Shown here: positions 39,099-48,302 of the stretch, piece by piece
How the letters are laid out: each line of letters begins with the position of its first letter
Position numbering within the stretch: position 1 is the stretch's first letter
Assembly (NCBI GenBank): GCA_964352215.1
Contig: CAYGRE010000002.1
Span: 22,353 to 86,352, forward strand
Direction: 5' to 3'
DNA: 64,000 nt
Source of the DNA: an uncultured Bacteroidia bacterium
GTDB lineage: Bacteria > Bacteroidota > Bacteroidia > J057 > JADKCL01
Position numbers and translations under genes: made by a program
Notes under the pieces: generated by a model
The model's input: only the letters and a program-made list of their open reading frames with translations
Databases searched by the model: none
Told to the model about the DNA's origin: nothing

Positions 39099-39152
39099 GT
39101 CTCAACCCTGTCTTTTGTGCCCCAATTTGTCGAGTAAATAACCCCATCCATC

Positions 39153-39986
39153 ATGTTTGAGCCAACGCATCAAAACACGAATCAGAGTTCGCACGAAAAC
39201 GAAGGCAATGTCCTTCAGGCCAAGTCTGCGTCTCCCCCGGCATTTTCAATTGCCGCATCACCAATGCAGCAGACGTCTGATGCTTCTGGTGGTTGCTCGC
39301 TTTGTGAACCTATGCAATTGACTGCGCTGAGCAGTTTTCCTGAAGGCACGAGCGAAGAGCAGATGATGGGCGGTGGCAATAACAAGGATGGGCAACCCGT
39401 ACAACGCAAAGCAGACAACAGTGCTGGTGGCAGTGGCGGCGATTCGCCTATGCAACTCACCGCTGCTGGTTCAGGTCCACTTCAGCTTAGAGGTGGCGCG
39501 ACCGTGGGAACCCTTTGCGTCAAAACCAACGTAGTAAATGAAGGTTTGACAGCCGGGCATGCCTGGCTCTCCTATACACCTGTCAGTGGTGGAGAAGAAA
39601 CTTATGGCACCTGGGGTAACCGCACCCCAATCGGACTGCACAGAAATATCGAAGTAGGTATGGGGGGCAAAGCAACCCGTTGCACCGAGATCGATGCTAC
39701 GGACAAAGCCAACCTGGACTCCTTCGCCTCCTCCAACAACGATTGGGGTTTGTTCAACAACTGCTCTTCCTTCGCAGCACGCGGCTGGCTGGCCGTAACC
39801 GGTGAACACCTCAACTACACTTCCGCTGGCATCCCTAATCCGAGCAAGCTCGGTGAAAGCATCATCGCGGCTGGTGGAACCCTCTCACCCTCTGGTACGG
39901 GAGGCTCAAGTGACAGCTCAGGAAGCTCTTATGGAAGCAGCTCTGCCAACAGCTCTGTAACCAGCTCCTACAATTCCTCCATGTAA
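39153..39986 (+). CDS. Putative polymorphic-toxin or eCIS-type effector-like protein: a leader region without signal peptide carrying QRK/PMQL motifs, a central putative His ... Cys hydrolase-like domain, and a Ser/Gly-rich C-terminal tail.
   Basis: There is no signal peptide. The N-terminal 110 aa are low-complexity, with SPPAFSIAASPMQQ, EPMQLTA, PVQRKADNSAGGSGG and SPMQLTAAG, resembling the xxQRK leader regions found N-terminal to DUF4157/eCIS cargo. The central GHAWLSYTP ... TYGTWGN ... NNCSSFAARGW gives a conserved His ... Cys order reminiscent of permuted papain-like (LRAT/NlpC) folds. The tail is SGTGGSSDSSGSSYGSSSANSS. Confidence 0.4.
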   Translation: MFEPTHQNTNQSSHENEGNVLQAKSASPPAFSIAASPMQQTSDASGGCSLCEPMQLTALSSFPEGTSEEQMMGGGNNKDGQPVQRKADNSAGGSGGDSPMQLTAAGSGPLQLRGGATVGTLCVKTNVVNEGLTAGHAWLSYTPVSGGEETYGTWGNRTPIGLHRNIEVGMGGKATRCTEIDATDKANLDSFASSNNDWGLFNNCSSFAARGWLAVTGEHLNYTSAGIPNPSKLGESIIAAGGTLSPSGTGGSSDSSGSSYGSSSANSSVTSSYNSSM

Positions 39987-40031
39987 TTCCGGTATTTCTC
40001 CGAAGTACCTGACGCAATAACACAGATCACA

Positions 40032-40538
40032 ATGTCTGTTTTCAAAGACTTGATCCCGCACCGTTTGCTCTATGAAGTAAACAAGCACATCGATCAAAAC
40101 AACCTCCAGGATGCTACCAGTCAGCTGGTCTCCCTATTGGAAGCTTTCCCCTACTTTGCCCCCGGATACAATGTTCTGGGTTACCTCTATGCCAATCAGT
40201 TCAGTGATCCGCGCAATGCCATTCCATGCTATGAAAAAGCACTGGAAACCGACCCCAACTATCCCCCTACCTATTTCAACTTTATCGTCACCCTCAATGC
40301 GGTCGAACAACATGGCAGAGTGCCTGAAATCGCAGAAAAAGCGCTTCAGGTAAAGGGGGTTGATCCGGGTAAAATTTATTACGGGCTGGGAATGAGCAAG
40401 GAACTTGTCCGGGAATATGCTGCTGCCAAAATGGATTACCTGAAAGCGATCAGACATTCAGTGGTAGACGTTGAGATCAATGAATACCGCAAAGCAGTGC
40501 AACGCTGTGATCTGAAATTGTCCATCCCCGCATCGTAA
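40032..40538 (+). CDS. TPR-repeat protein, a candidate immunity or partner protein for the upstream toxin-like gene.
   Basis: The TPR-like segments are YNVLGYLYANQFSDPRNAIPCYEKALETDPNY and IYYGLGMSKELVREYAAAKMDYLKAI. It lies 46 bp downstream of the toxin-like gene on the same strand. Confidence 0.4.
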   Translation: MSVFKDLIPHRLLYEVNKHIDQNNLQDATSQLVSLLEAFPYFAPGYNVLGYLYANQFSDPRNAIPCYEKALETDPNYPPTYFNFIVTLNAVEQHGRVPEIAEKALQVKGVDPGKIYYGLGMSKELVREYAAAKMDYLKAIRHSVVDVEINEYRKAVQRCDLKLSIPAS

Positions 40539-40660
40539 ACCTTAGGCTAATTTACTTCGTATTCAAAAGTTGAAAACCTTCCTTACCTGAGGTTGGTGGA
40601 CTTCCTATCCCGAAATGGGAAATATACGTACCTTTAGATGAACTCATTTTCGAATAATAA

Positions 40661-41023
40661 ATGTTACTGATGCTGTTATTATCATTCCTTGGATCTCGTG
40701 GTGTCACCTTTGCGGAGATGGCTCCTCCACCTCAGTTGACATTGACAGAACATAGCCTCAGTCTTCAGGTCTCTAATTCCAGAGAGCATTCCTCCCTGGT
40801 CATTACCAAAATCGAGTTTTCCAGAGATGAAGATTGCGTGATCCTAAAAGGATGGCAAAAACTTGCTCCTGTGAGTAAACACGATGGCCACTTCGAAGAG
40901 CCATTCGAAAACCTCGACCTTACCTATGAGACAGCTTCTCAGGTCAAGTACTATTGGGAAGATCCTAATGGGAACCGCACCCAAATAGAACTGGAACCAC
41001 AAACCGCAGCTCCTGAGGAATAA
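40661..41023 (+). CDS. Small secreted hypothetical protein.
   Basis: It has a hydrophobic N-terminus, MLLMLLLSFLGSRGVTFA. This is an ORF only. Confidence 0.35.
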   Translation: MLLMLLLSFLGSRGVTFAEMAPPPQLTLTEHSLSLQVSNSREHSSLVITKIEFSRDEDCVILKGWQKLAPVSKHDGHFEEPFENLDLTYETASQVKYYWEDPNGNRTQIELEPQTAAPEE

Positions 41024-41226
41024 TACCCACTTGCTCATCATCGGTAATCCCTTCCGATTAGGTCCTTGGCTATGAGCTCTCTTCCTACCATCGCATTGGT
41101 CTGGGAAAATAAATCATTCATCGAATCTGCGGGCCTGGCCTGAGGGGAAAGTAGTACTTATGTACTGAACAATGAGTAATTCATAATCTTCCAACAGAAT
41201 ACCGAAACAAGCTTTAGAATACCAGA

Positions 41227-41254
41227 AGGCCGCCGAAAGGCGGTCTCTTTTTTT
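41227..41254 (+). terminator. Isolated Rho-independent terminator that may end a small RNA or a long 3' UTR.
   Basis: The stem-loop ggccgcc-gaaa-ggcggtc is followed by TCTTTTTTT. It lies about 200 bp downstream of the nearest plus-strand CDS. Confidence 0.5.
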
Positions 41255-41805
41255 GGGGTTGACCTCGCATTTGAGAAGCGGATTTTGGTGCAACTGCCAA
41301 TCAGGAAGGGAGGCAGACATTTGAGAAAGCTGAAAGGAGTGCGGGCTTTGGCTGCATCTGATACAAGCGGGATGCTGGTCGAGCCACCCCCAATCACCAC
41401 AAAATAGACGCTGGTTAAGCGCAATCGGAGATTGGGGAACTTGACTAGAGAAACAGCAGAAACCAGGAAAGGGTTTCTTCTGTGGAATTACCTGACGATT
41501 TCTGAGGGATTTGATTTTTGCGGGGAAATGATGAAGGTCCGGATGCTCAAACCTGAGCGTCCGGACCTTCAAGGTTCGAGCATCCGTACCTCCAACCTTG
41601 ACAGTTAGGAGGGAACAGGTATTCTACTTGAGACCTGAATATCCGAGCCTGCCGAGGGCCGACCTATTAGGGTCCGGCCCCTCAGATTTGACACTCTTGA
41701 CCCTCATAGGTCGAAGCTTGAGCCCGGCAAATTTGAGGGTAGGGAGGGGAAAGGGTTTATGCTGCCAACACGGGCCTGCCTGGCAAATGACCATCTTCCT
41801 TTATG

Positions 41806-41930
41806 GTCGGGACCCTCTCCCCGAGCCGGTTTCGACCCGGAAAAGAGACGGTCGGGACCCTCTCTCTGTGACGGTTTGGACCCGGAAAAGAGAGGGTCCG
41901 GACCCTCTCTCCTTGAGGCTTGTTCGCCGC
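41806..41930. repeat. 45-bp tandem repeat (about 2.6 units), each unit containing the perfect palindrome gagagggtccggaccctctc.
   Basis: The units are ggtcgggaccctctccccgagccggtttcgacccggaaaagagac, ggtcgggaccctctctctgtgacggtttggacccggaaaagagag and a partial third. Confidence 0.8.
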
Positions 41931-41978
41931 ATCAATGACGGTCCCAACCGTAAAGGTTTGACACTCTTGCTTGTCAAT

Positions 41979-42022
41979 GGGAGACACTTCCGACCCTCAT
42001 TGGAGACACTCCCGACCCTCAT
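41979..42022. repeat. 22-bp direct repeat x2 (gagacacttccgaccctcattg / gagacactcccgaccctcattg).
   Basis: Two adjacent copies differ at one position. Confidence 0.8.
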
Positions 42023-42469
42023 TGATTCGGCATGTTTTTCTCAAATTGCTTTCTAATTCGCTTGCAATTACTGGATGCTGTTGGATACTTGATACCCTGC
42101 AAGGAGTTTGCTGCCACATGAGTGTAATCTCGGTGGTCTTGCTACTACTATGACCGAGCAATGTTTGAATAAATCAAAGATCGGTTCCTGCCCCAAACAA
42201 ATAGGTAGCAAAAGCGGGCTGCCATTCCATAAAATAGCTTCTTAGATCCGGCAGGATCGTCTTACTCAGAAGAGTATAGCGATCACCAGCAAAGCGACCT
42301 GAGAACGGTCTTAACACTTATCAAAAGTAACTTGAGACACCAGCTATAGACCTTCTCGAGTAACAGAGCTGGTAACTAAGAAGCACTGAATCTGATACCA
42401 AGGCAGGTATCTTAAAGTGGTCGAAAAAGGGGATAAATATAGTAATGCTGGAATCAAAAATCTTGAACC

Positions 42470-43099
42470 CTACTTACCATAATTGTCCTGAAGCCCCTCC
42501 CCCCGGAGAATTTTCTCCCGGCATTTTTCAATCCTTGCCAACCGGGTTTGGGATTGCTTCGCAGCGGAAAAATAGAGGATATAGCCTCTCTGCCGCCCAG
42601 GTGTCAATCCCTCAAAGGCGGCTTTCAAATCCGGATCACCCTCCAATGTCTCCAGTAATTCTTCAGGAACAGGCTCAGGGTTCTTCTCAAATTTTACTTT
42701 TTGCCCCGCCTTTTCCAAATCCACCGCCTCATGCACATACGCTTTCAATATGTCTTCCATCTCCAGGATGTCGCTGACCTGGGTAAACCGGGCCTGGCGG
42801 ACAGCCTGAGAATTCTCCCCCGGGGCGACCAATATCTGGTTTGGGTCTTTCATCAGAGCACCTTTAAAGAAAGCAATCACCGCATATTCCTTAAAAGCCG
42901 TCACCAAAAGGACATTCTTATTCTGAAAGGTGTAACAGGGCTGCGACCATTTGAATTCTTCCGTCAATCCATAAGCGAGCACGATCCTTCTCAAATGCTG
43001 CAACTCCTCTGACCAGGTATGGACTTTGCATTGCGGCGTTCGGTACAAGGAACAGCGTCCGCAACCTTCTGATAAATAAATGTCCACTTTGGGATTCAT
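42470..43099 (-). CDS. YdhG/DUF1801-like N-terminal domain plus YdeI/OmpD-associated family C-terminal domain protein.
   Basis: The start was set at MNPKVDIYLSEGCGRCSLYRTPQCKVHTW (typical DUF1801/YdhG N-terminus). The C-terminus GRQRGYILYFSAAKQSQTRLARIEKCREKILRGEG matches the YdeI/OmpD-associated domain. Confidence 0.6.
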   Translation of the reverse strand: MNPKVDIYLSEGCGRCSLYRTPQCKVHTWSEELQHLRRIVLAYGLTEEFKWSQPCYTFQNKNVLLVTAFKEYAVIAFFKGALMKDPNQILVAPGENSQAVRQARFTQVSDILEMEDILKAYVHEAVDLEKAGQKVKFEKNPEPVPEELLETLEGDPDLKAAFEGLTPGRQRGYILYFSAAKQSQTRLARIEKCREKILRGEGLQDNYGK

Positions 43100-43288
43100 G
43101 CTGGTATCTATTATTAAGTAAAGGTCGCCGATGAATGCTCTTGTTTGGGTCCCAAAGTTAACCAATTGGTTTCATTGCCGGGGTTTGAAATTCTTTGTCT
43201 TTTGGGTTTGAATGACAGAAAAAGTGTATATTGCAAATAGCATTTGGACTATCCAGCCAGCACACCTCATAGATACAACCAACTCAAG

Positions 43289-43649
43289 ATGGAAAAGACG
43301 GCCGAACAATCACATGCCTTGGACCAACAAAGTGAGCACAGCCCGGGAAGATCAATGTCTCCCCCTCCTTTCCAACTCCAAGCCAATTCAGAAGATTCTG
43401 GTGAAAAATCGGAAGAGAATTGACCACATGCAATTCACAGCATCAGCTCTTGATATGAAAGTAGGGACAGAGTTCGGTGCCATTTCCTGGGGCTATCAAT
43501 ATGATGAGACCAAAGAAATCTATACTGAAGAAACCCCGCAGCTTCAAGATGCAAAATCGGATAGAATGCAGGGTCGGGACCGTGCAGTAGGCGTTTGGAA
43601 TAAGGATGTTGCCCAAGGGGATATCGACAAGGTACCGGTTTCAGAATGA
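43289..43649 (+). pseudogene. Probable frameshifted paralog of the effector leader region (first frame 43289-43423, continuing in another frame to 43649).
   Basis: The first frame reads MEKTAEQSHALDQQSEHSPGRSMSPPPFQLQANSEDSGEKSEEN*. The continuing frame reads ...DHMQFTASALDMKVG.... Together these mirror SPPAFSIAASPMQQ ... EPMQLTALS of the 39153 protein but are split across two reading frames. Confidence 0.35.
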
Positions 43650-43650
43650 T

Positions 43651-44274
43651 ATGCTCAGAGGATTTCCAGTCCTGGTATTCATCTTCGGCACCTTCTTAAC
43701 TATTGGATGCTGTCAAAATGGTCAATTGGCCAACGATGGGGAAAATATGTCACAGAAAAATATCAATGAGATCGCGGAAATCCTGAAAGGCATGCTTGAA
43801 GAGTCCCACCAGTGCTATACCATTGGCTGTTTTGATGAAACTGAGCGGCTTCGTGGATTGGTGAAGGACTTCGAGAAGCCATGGCAATACTTTCAGCCCA
43901 TTGAAAGTTTTTTCCTCTTTGAGGCCACTCCTGACCTCATTGAATCCGCTGACCGGTCAGTTCTTGCCGCATCCTATAGTAGTGCATTGATGAAATTAAC
44001 CTCTAATTGGTGGGGCCCTCCCGGAAGTCCGGATGGTGCCGCTGCCGACCACCTGCTTGCAATCCCTAATATCACTTCGGACCTCATGCCTCTGCTAAAG
44101 GTCCAAACCCCACTTTCATATCACGGCAGTGAGATCTCCACCATGAATGAAATGTTCGGATGGACGGTGGCAGACCTGGCAGGAGGATTCATCGCTGAGT
44201 TGAGAGGGGAAGCTTATCCCTTCCGCGAAGAATTGGATGTGCGTATTCTCTATCAAAAAGGGCTTCTTGAATAA
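43651..44274 (+). CDS. Hypothetical lipoprotein.
   Basis: The start was set at MLRGFPVLVFIFGTFLTIGCCQN (lipobox). There are no recognisable domains. It may belong with the disrupted upstream ORFs. Confidence 0.4.
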   Translation: MLRGFPVLVFIFGTFLTIGCCQNGQLANDGENMSQKNINEIAEILKGMLEESHQCYTIGCFDETERLRGLVKDFEKPWQYFQPIESFFLFEATPDLIESADRSVLAASYSSALMKLTSNWWGPPGSPDGAAADHLLAIPNITSDLMPLLKVQTPLSYHGSEISTMNEMFGWTVADLAGGFIAELRGEAYPFREELDVRILYQKGLLE

Positions 44275-44436
44275 GCATGGTCCAGCCTTGGATCATGTCT
44301 AAAAGTAATTGGGTTTGGCTCGTGTGAAGGTCCAGACCAGTCCGGCAGAACATCATCAACAGAAACACAAATATGCCATAGGAGCCCTGGAAGAGGGTTT
44401 TGGTTCATAATCCGCGTGTACAGGGGTGACAGCACG

Positions 44437-45032
44437 CGGGTCCAGACCTGCGGGTTCACGGGTTCAGACCCTCGGATTCGAGGGGCCAGACCTGTGGATT
44501 CGCGGGTTCAGACCCGTAGATTCGAGGGTCAAGACCCGTAGATTCGCGGGTTCAAACCCGTAGATTCGCGGGTCCAAACCCGTAGATTCGAGGGTTCAAA
44601 CCCGTAGATTCGAGGGTCCAGACCCGTAGATTCACGGGTTCAAACCCTCGGATTCGCGGGTTCATACCTGTGGACTCAAGGGTTCAGACCCGTAGATTCG
44701 CGGGTCCAGACCCTCGGATTCGCGGGTCCAAACCCTCGGATTCGCGGGTTCAGACCCGTAGATTCGCGGGTTCAAACCCGTAGATTCACGGGTTCAAACC
44801 CTCGGATTCACGGGTCCAGACCCGTAGATTCACGGGTTCAAACCCTCGGATTCGCGGGTCCAGACCCGTAGATTCACGGGTCCAAACCCTCGGATTCACG
44901 GGTCCAAACCCTCGGATTCACGGGTCCAGACCCGTAGATTCACGGGTCCAAACCCTCGGATTCACGGGTCAAGACCCGTAGATTCGCAGGTCCAGACCTG
45001 CGGCTTCGCAGGTTCAAACCCGTAGATTTCGG
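44437..45032. repeat. Minisatellite of about 27 tandem copies of a 22-bp unit (consensus cgggtYcaRacccgtagattcg) between convergent genes. Each unit is self-complementary (gacccg-N8-cgggtc).
   Basis: The units are directly adjacent, with no spacers. Variation is confined to about 4 positions (gcgggt/acgggt/agggt; tt/tc; cag/caa; ccgtag/cctcgg). There are stop codons in all frames. Confidence 0.9.
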
Positions 45033-45200
45033 ACTTTTTGCCTCACCTGAAGCAGCCCAAGATTCGCGAATTGAGTCCATAAAACGTCTGCAAACAGCAC
45101 CTGAAATCTTCTTCTGATCGGGATAGAACTCGTCATGCCAAGGGCGAAGCCCCCAACCGAGGAGAGATAATGATCGGGGCTTTATGCGATGGGGAACGAA

Positions 45201-48137
45201 CTACCGCACAATCAAGCGTTCGACCTTCCTGGCTCCTCCACCCGCAGTGACTTGCAGCAAGTACTGCCCGGCCGGAAGCGACCCGAGGTCGAGCATGACA
45301 CCAGCGCGTGCTTCGACTTCGTCGATGCTCCGTTCCAGCATGGTCTGGCCGACCAGGTTCATGACCTCAATCCTGGCCCCGCCGCTGAGTTCTCCATCCA
45401 AACGGAGCTCAGTATAATCTCCGGCTGGATTGGGAGCCAGTTCGACCAGCAATTGGTCATCCGGGCTGATGATCGCGGCGACGGTATTGGAGTAAGAAGA
45501 AACTCCATTCAGATCGACCTGAAGGAGACGGTATTCGTAGAGGATACCGGGACGGGCATTGCCATCGAGATAGCCATAAGAGACTTGTTGGGTCGTTTCG
45601 CCTTTGGAAGCGACAAATCCAATCCTGGTGAAGGCATCTTCGTAAGCGGCACGGCGCTGCACTTCAAACCCCCGGTTGTCTTCTTCCATGCTGACTTCCC
45701 AGTCGACCGCGATGTCGCGGGAACCGGCGGTGGCAGACAGGTGGACCCATTCCACCGGAAATGCGGTGCAGAAGGGAGGCATGTCAAAGGCTTCATTGCC
45801 ATCAGAACGGTTGTTGGAACTGCCCTGACTGGCAGAGAAACCCATGCCGCGCTTGGCGAAGGCTTCCCAAATGAGACAGGTATGGATGCCGCCAAAGTTG
45901 GCAGAATCGGCCTGGATAATGGCGTCGCGGCCATCCTCCATCCCAGGATCGCAATTCAGGAAAGCCATCCCGTCGATAACGAGGCGCATGGCGATGTTAT
46001 TGCCACCGGTCCCAGCTTCGAGATCGGGATCAAAACCATAGACGTCGATCAGGGACCAGGTCATTTCCCAGATCATATTGCACCAGAGAAAACCGATGCC
46101 GTGGGGCCTGGAAATGGCGCCGGTATTGGCAATGTCCCCGTAAGTAAAAGGGTTAATGGCCATATTGGTGGAATAGGGAGCCGGGCGAATGCCATTGCCG
46201 GAAACCGGCTGGGAAATGGCAAAAGTGCCTATTCCCCGGGCATCACTACCGGCATCACCTGGCTCAATGGTCATGATCAGACCGAGCCAGTCGCTCCAGC
46301 CTTCGCCCATCTGTTCCTGATTGCCGAGGCAACTGGTATTGTTCCCACCTCCGACCAAACGGTTGGAAACGCCGTGCCCGTACTCATGGGCGATGATGCC
46401 ATTGTCCAGGTCACCGTCTTTGTCTACCGCCCCCCCGGAACCGGATAGGCTGACGTTAACGCCAGAGCCGAGCTCGGCCCGGATGATTGCACAGTCCGCC
46501 TGGCTGATCATCACAGAAGGGATGGTGATGGCACCATTGTTGCCGCCCATGGCAAATGGAGCCCCACCGACATTGTTACAGACAATGCAAGCGACGGCTC
46601 CTACATTCTGGGCATTGATTACTTTGTCGACAAAATTGCAATTGCCCCGGTCGACGAGGGCGATATTCCCATTGACCGCGGCCCCGTTGTTGAGCGCATT
46701 GCAGCCTTCGGTGGGCGCACCAGAACCGTCGTTGACGAGGACCAGGTTGCCAGTGATCGGGGTGGTCGGCAGTGCCGGGCCAAAGCCCGCTTCTACTGCA
46801 TTGTAAGCTCCGGCGATATTTCCGGGGCTGTTGACGTCAAAATTGGTGGTTGCCTGACCGGTCCAGAGGAACATCTGCATCCGGGGATTTTGCCCATCGG
46901 GAGGGGTGCCAAAATTAGCATTGTTGATGCCACTGCCATCCTGACAATCAGCATTAACATAATCCGATCCTGCGCCCCCGTTGCCATAGTTATTTTCCTG
47001 AAAATTTCCACCCAACTCGTCAAACCCATACAGGTAAAAGACGTCGTGGATCCGGTTGTTCCAGAAGAAGAGATTGGTCAATGCAGCATCGAGGTAAGTA
47101 TTGGGCTGCAGGTTCAGGTTGATGGGGAAGTTGAAATCGAGGCTGGGACCACCGTCGGCCATCGCACCAGTCCCGTTGTTGCCGTTCTGGTCTTCCTGGG
47201 CCCGGACATTGTTGCCGCGGGTGGTCGTGTATTCTGCACCGGGTACGCCATCGTCGTCGTGCCAACCAAAAGGCGAGGCGGTCAGGTTCCAGGGGTTGGA
47301 AACGATGGTTCGGTTACCGTGGTTGGGGCTTTCCAACGGATCGGCGTAGACGTTGTATGAGTTTGGGGGAGGGGCCGCAGCGGGCAAGGGAGTGGGTGCG
47401 AAGTCGTGCAATTGCAGGGCAGCGCCATCAGAAAGGTGCTCCACTACACAATCTTCATCTCCCTCATGGGGTCCAAAATTGCAGGTCGTCATCCAGTCAA
47501 ATTCGCTCAGTACCCGGCCATTCAATGCATCGATCCGCAAGCTCCACCAGTGGGAGCCATCCTCGGTGAGGATGCTGAGGTCCCAGCAAAGGCGCAGTTG
47601 CTGCCCATCCTTTTCGACGTACATCAGGCGAACCGGGATATCTTCCTGGGAAACACCGCCATTGCTCAGGAGTCCTTGCTGGTCATCTCCTTCGGGACGC
47701 TGGATAAATCTCAGGTCCTGGGGTGTCCCCAGGTTGTAGACAGAAGCAGCCGCCAGGACAGCATCCGTAGCACTCAGAGTTGGAACGGTGGTATTGACCC
47801 GGCGGGCGATATCTGGCAAACAGGCTACTCCCATGCTGAGTACCCGTCCCTGGTCATTGATATTCACATTGACATTGGCCTGAAAGATACCAATCCCGCG
47901 ATATGCCTGACGAAAGTAGACGTGAGAGACGCCATTGAGCCGGGAAGTATAGTTGTCGGTTACGATCATGTCGTCCACGTCCTGTGGAGTCAATTCGTAA
48001 CTGGCAGCCTTGTCCTTCAGGTGATTGAGGGCGATTTGCACAGGGGATTGGGCGGTTAAGATGCCTCCCGTGCATAAAAAAATAATGGCGCTCAGCCAGA
48101 AAGCGGCTTTATGCAGTGATTGAAAAATACGTTCCAT
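45201..48137 (-). CDS. Secreted M36 (fungalysin-like) zinc metalloprotease with an FTP-like propeptide, a PA-like insert and a T9SS type-A C-terminal sorting domain.
   Basis: The signal peptide is MERIFQSLHKAAFWLSAIIFLCTGGILTAQS. The zinc motif IIAHEYGHGVSNRLVGGG corresponds to fungalysin HEYTHGLSNRLTGG. The C-terminus VELAPNPAGDYTELRL ... AGQYLLQVTAGGG ... RLIVR is a Por tail. Confidence 0.8.
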   Translation of the reverse strand: MERIFQSLHKAAFWLSAIIFLCTGGILTAQSPVQIALNHLKDKAASYELTPQDVDDMIVTDNYTSRLNGVSHVYFRQAYRGIGIFQANVNVNINDQGRVLSMGVACLPDIARRVNTTVPTLSATDAVLAAASVYNLGTPQDLRFIQRPEGDDQQGLLSNGGVSQEDIPVRLMYVEKDGQQLRLCWDLSILTEDGSHWWSLRIDALNGRVLSEFDWMTTCNFGPHEGDEDCVVEHLSDGAALQLHDFAPTPLPAAAPPPNSYNVYADPLESPNHGNRTIVSNPWNLTASPFGWHDDDGVPGAEYTTTRGNNVRAQEDQNGNNGTGAMADGGPSLDFNFPINLNLQPNTYLDAALTNLFFWNNRIHDVFYLYGFDELGGNFQENNYGNGGAGSDYVNADCQDGSGINNANFGTPPDGQNPRMQMFLWTGQATTNFDVNSPGNIAGAYNAVEAGFGPALPTTPITGNLVLVNDGSGAPTEGCNALNNGAAVNGNIALVDRGNCNFVDKVINAQNVGAVACIVCNNVGGAPFAMGGNNGAITIPSVMISQADCAIIRAELGSGVNVSLSGSGGAVDKDGDLDNGIIAHEYGHGVSNRLVGGGNNTSCLGNQEQMGEGWSDWLGLIMTIEPGDAGSDARGIGTFAISQPVSGNGIRPAPYSTNMAINPFTYGDIANTGAISRPHGIGFLWCNMIWEMTWSLIDVYGFDPDLEAGTGGNNIAMRLVIDGMAFLNCDPGMEDGRDAIIQADSANFGGIHTCLIWEAFAKRGMGFSASQGSSNNRSDGNEAFDMPPFCTAFPVEWVHLSATAGSRDIAVDWEVSMEEDNRGFEVQRRAAYEDAFTRIGFVASKGETTQQVSYGYLDGNARPGILYEYRLLQVDLNGVSSYSNTVAAIISPDDQLLVELAPNPAGDYTELRLDGELSGGARIEVMNLVGQTMLERSIDEVEARAGVMLDLGSLPAGQYLLQVTAGGGARKVERLIVR

Positions 48138-48302
48138 GATCCAAAAGTTCTTTTTCCCTGAGCTTCAATAAGGAATTTACAGCGTTGTAACAATATACGC
48201 ATTTTTTGTTGTTATCCCCCAAGGAGAGGCCTACCCCACCAAATTCCCCCCTGTTTCTTATCCATATTTATTTAGAACTTACCCCCGCAATCTACCGCCA
48301 CT

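Noticed and set aside
41114-41572. 152-aa and 88-aa minus-strand ORFs in the repeat-rich region.
   Set aside because: They span an intrinsic terminator and palindromic repeats and have odd composition with no start context. They are likely spurious.
41560-41620. tRNA-like T-arm motif ggttcgagcatcc, and GGGG ... CCACCCCC ends reminiscent of tmRNA.
   Set aside because: I could not build a cloverleaf with acceptor, D and anticodon stems, and the motifs are parts of local inverted repeats. No tRNA or tmRNA is called.
44437-45032. Possible CRISPR array because of many short direct repeats.
   Set aside because: The 22-bp units abut one another with no unique spacers, the unit is shorter than CRISPR repeats, and no cas genes are nearby. 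I report it as a minisatellite instead.
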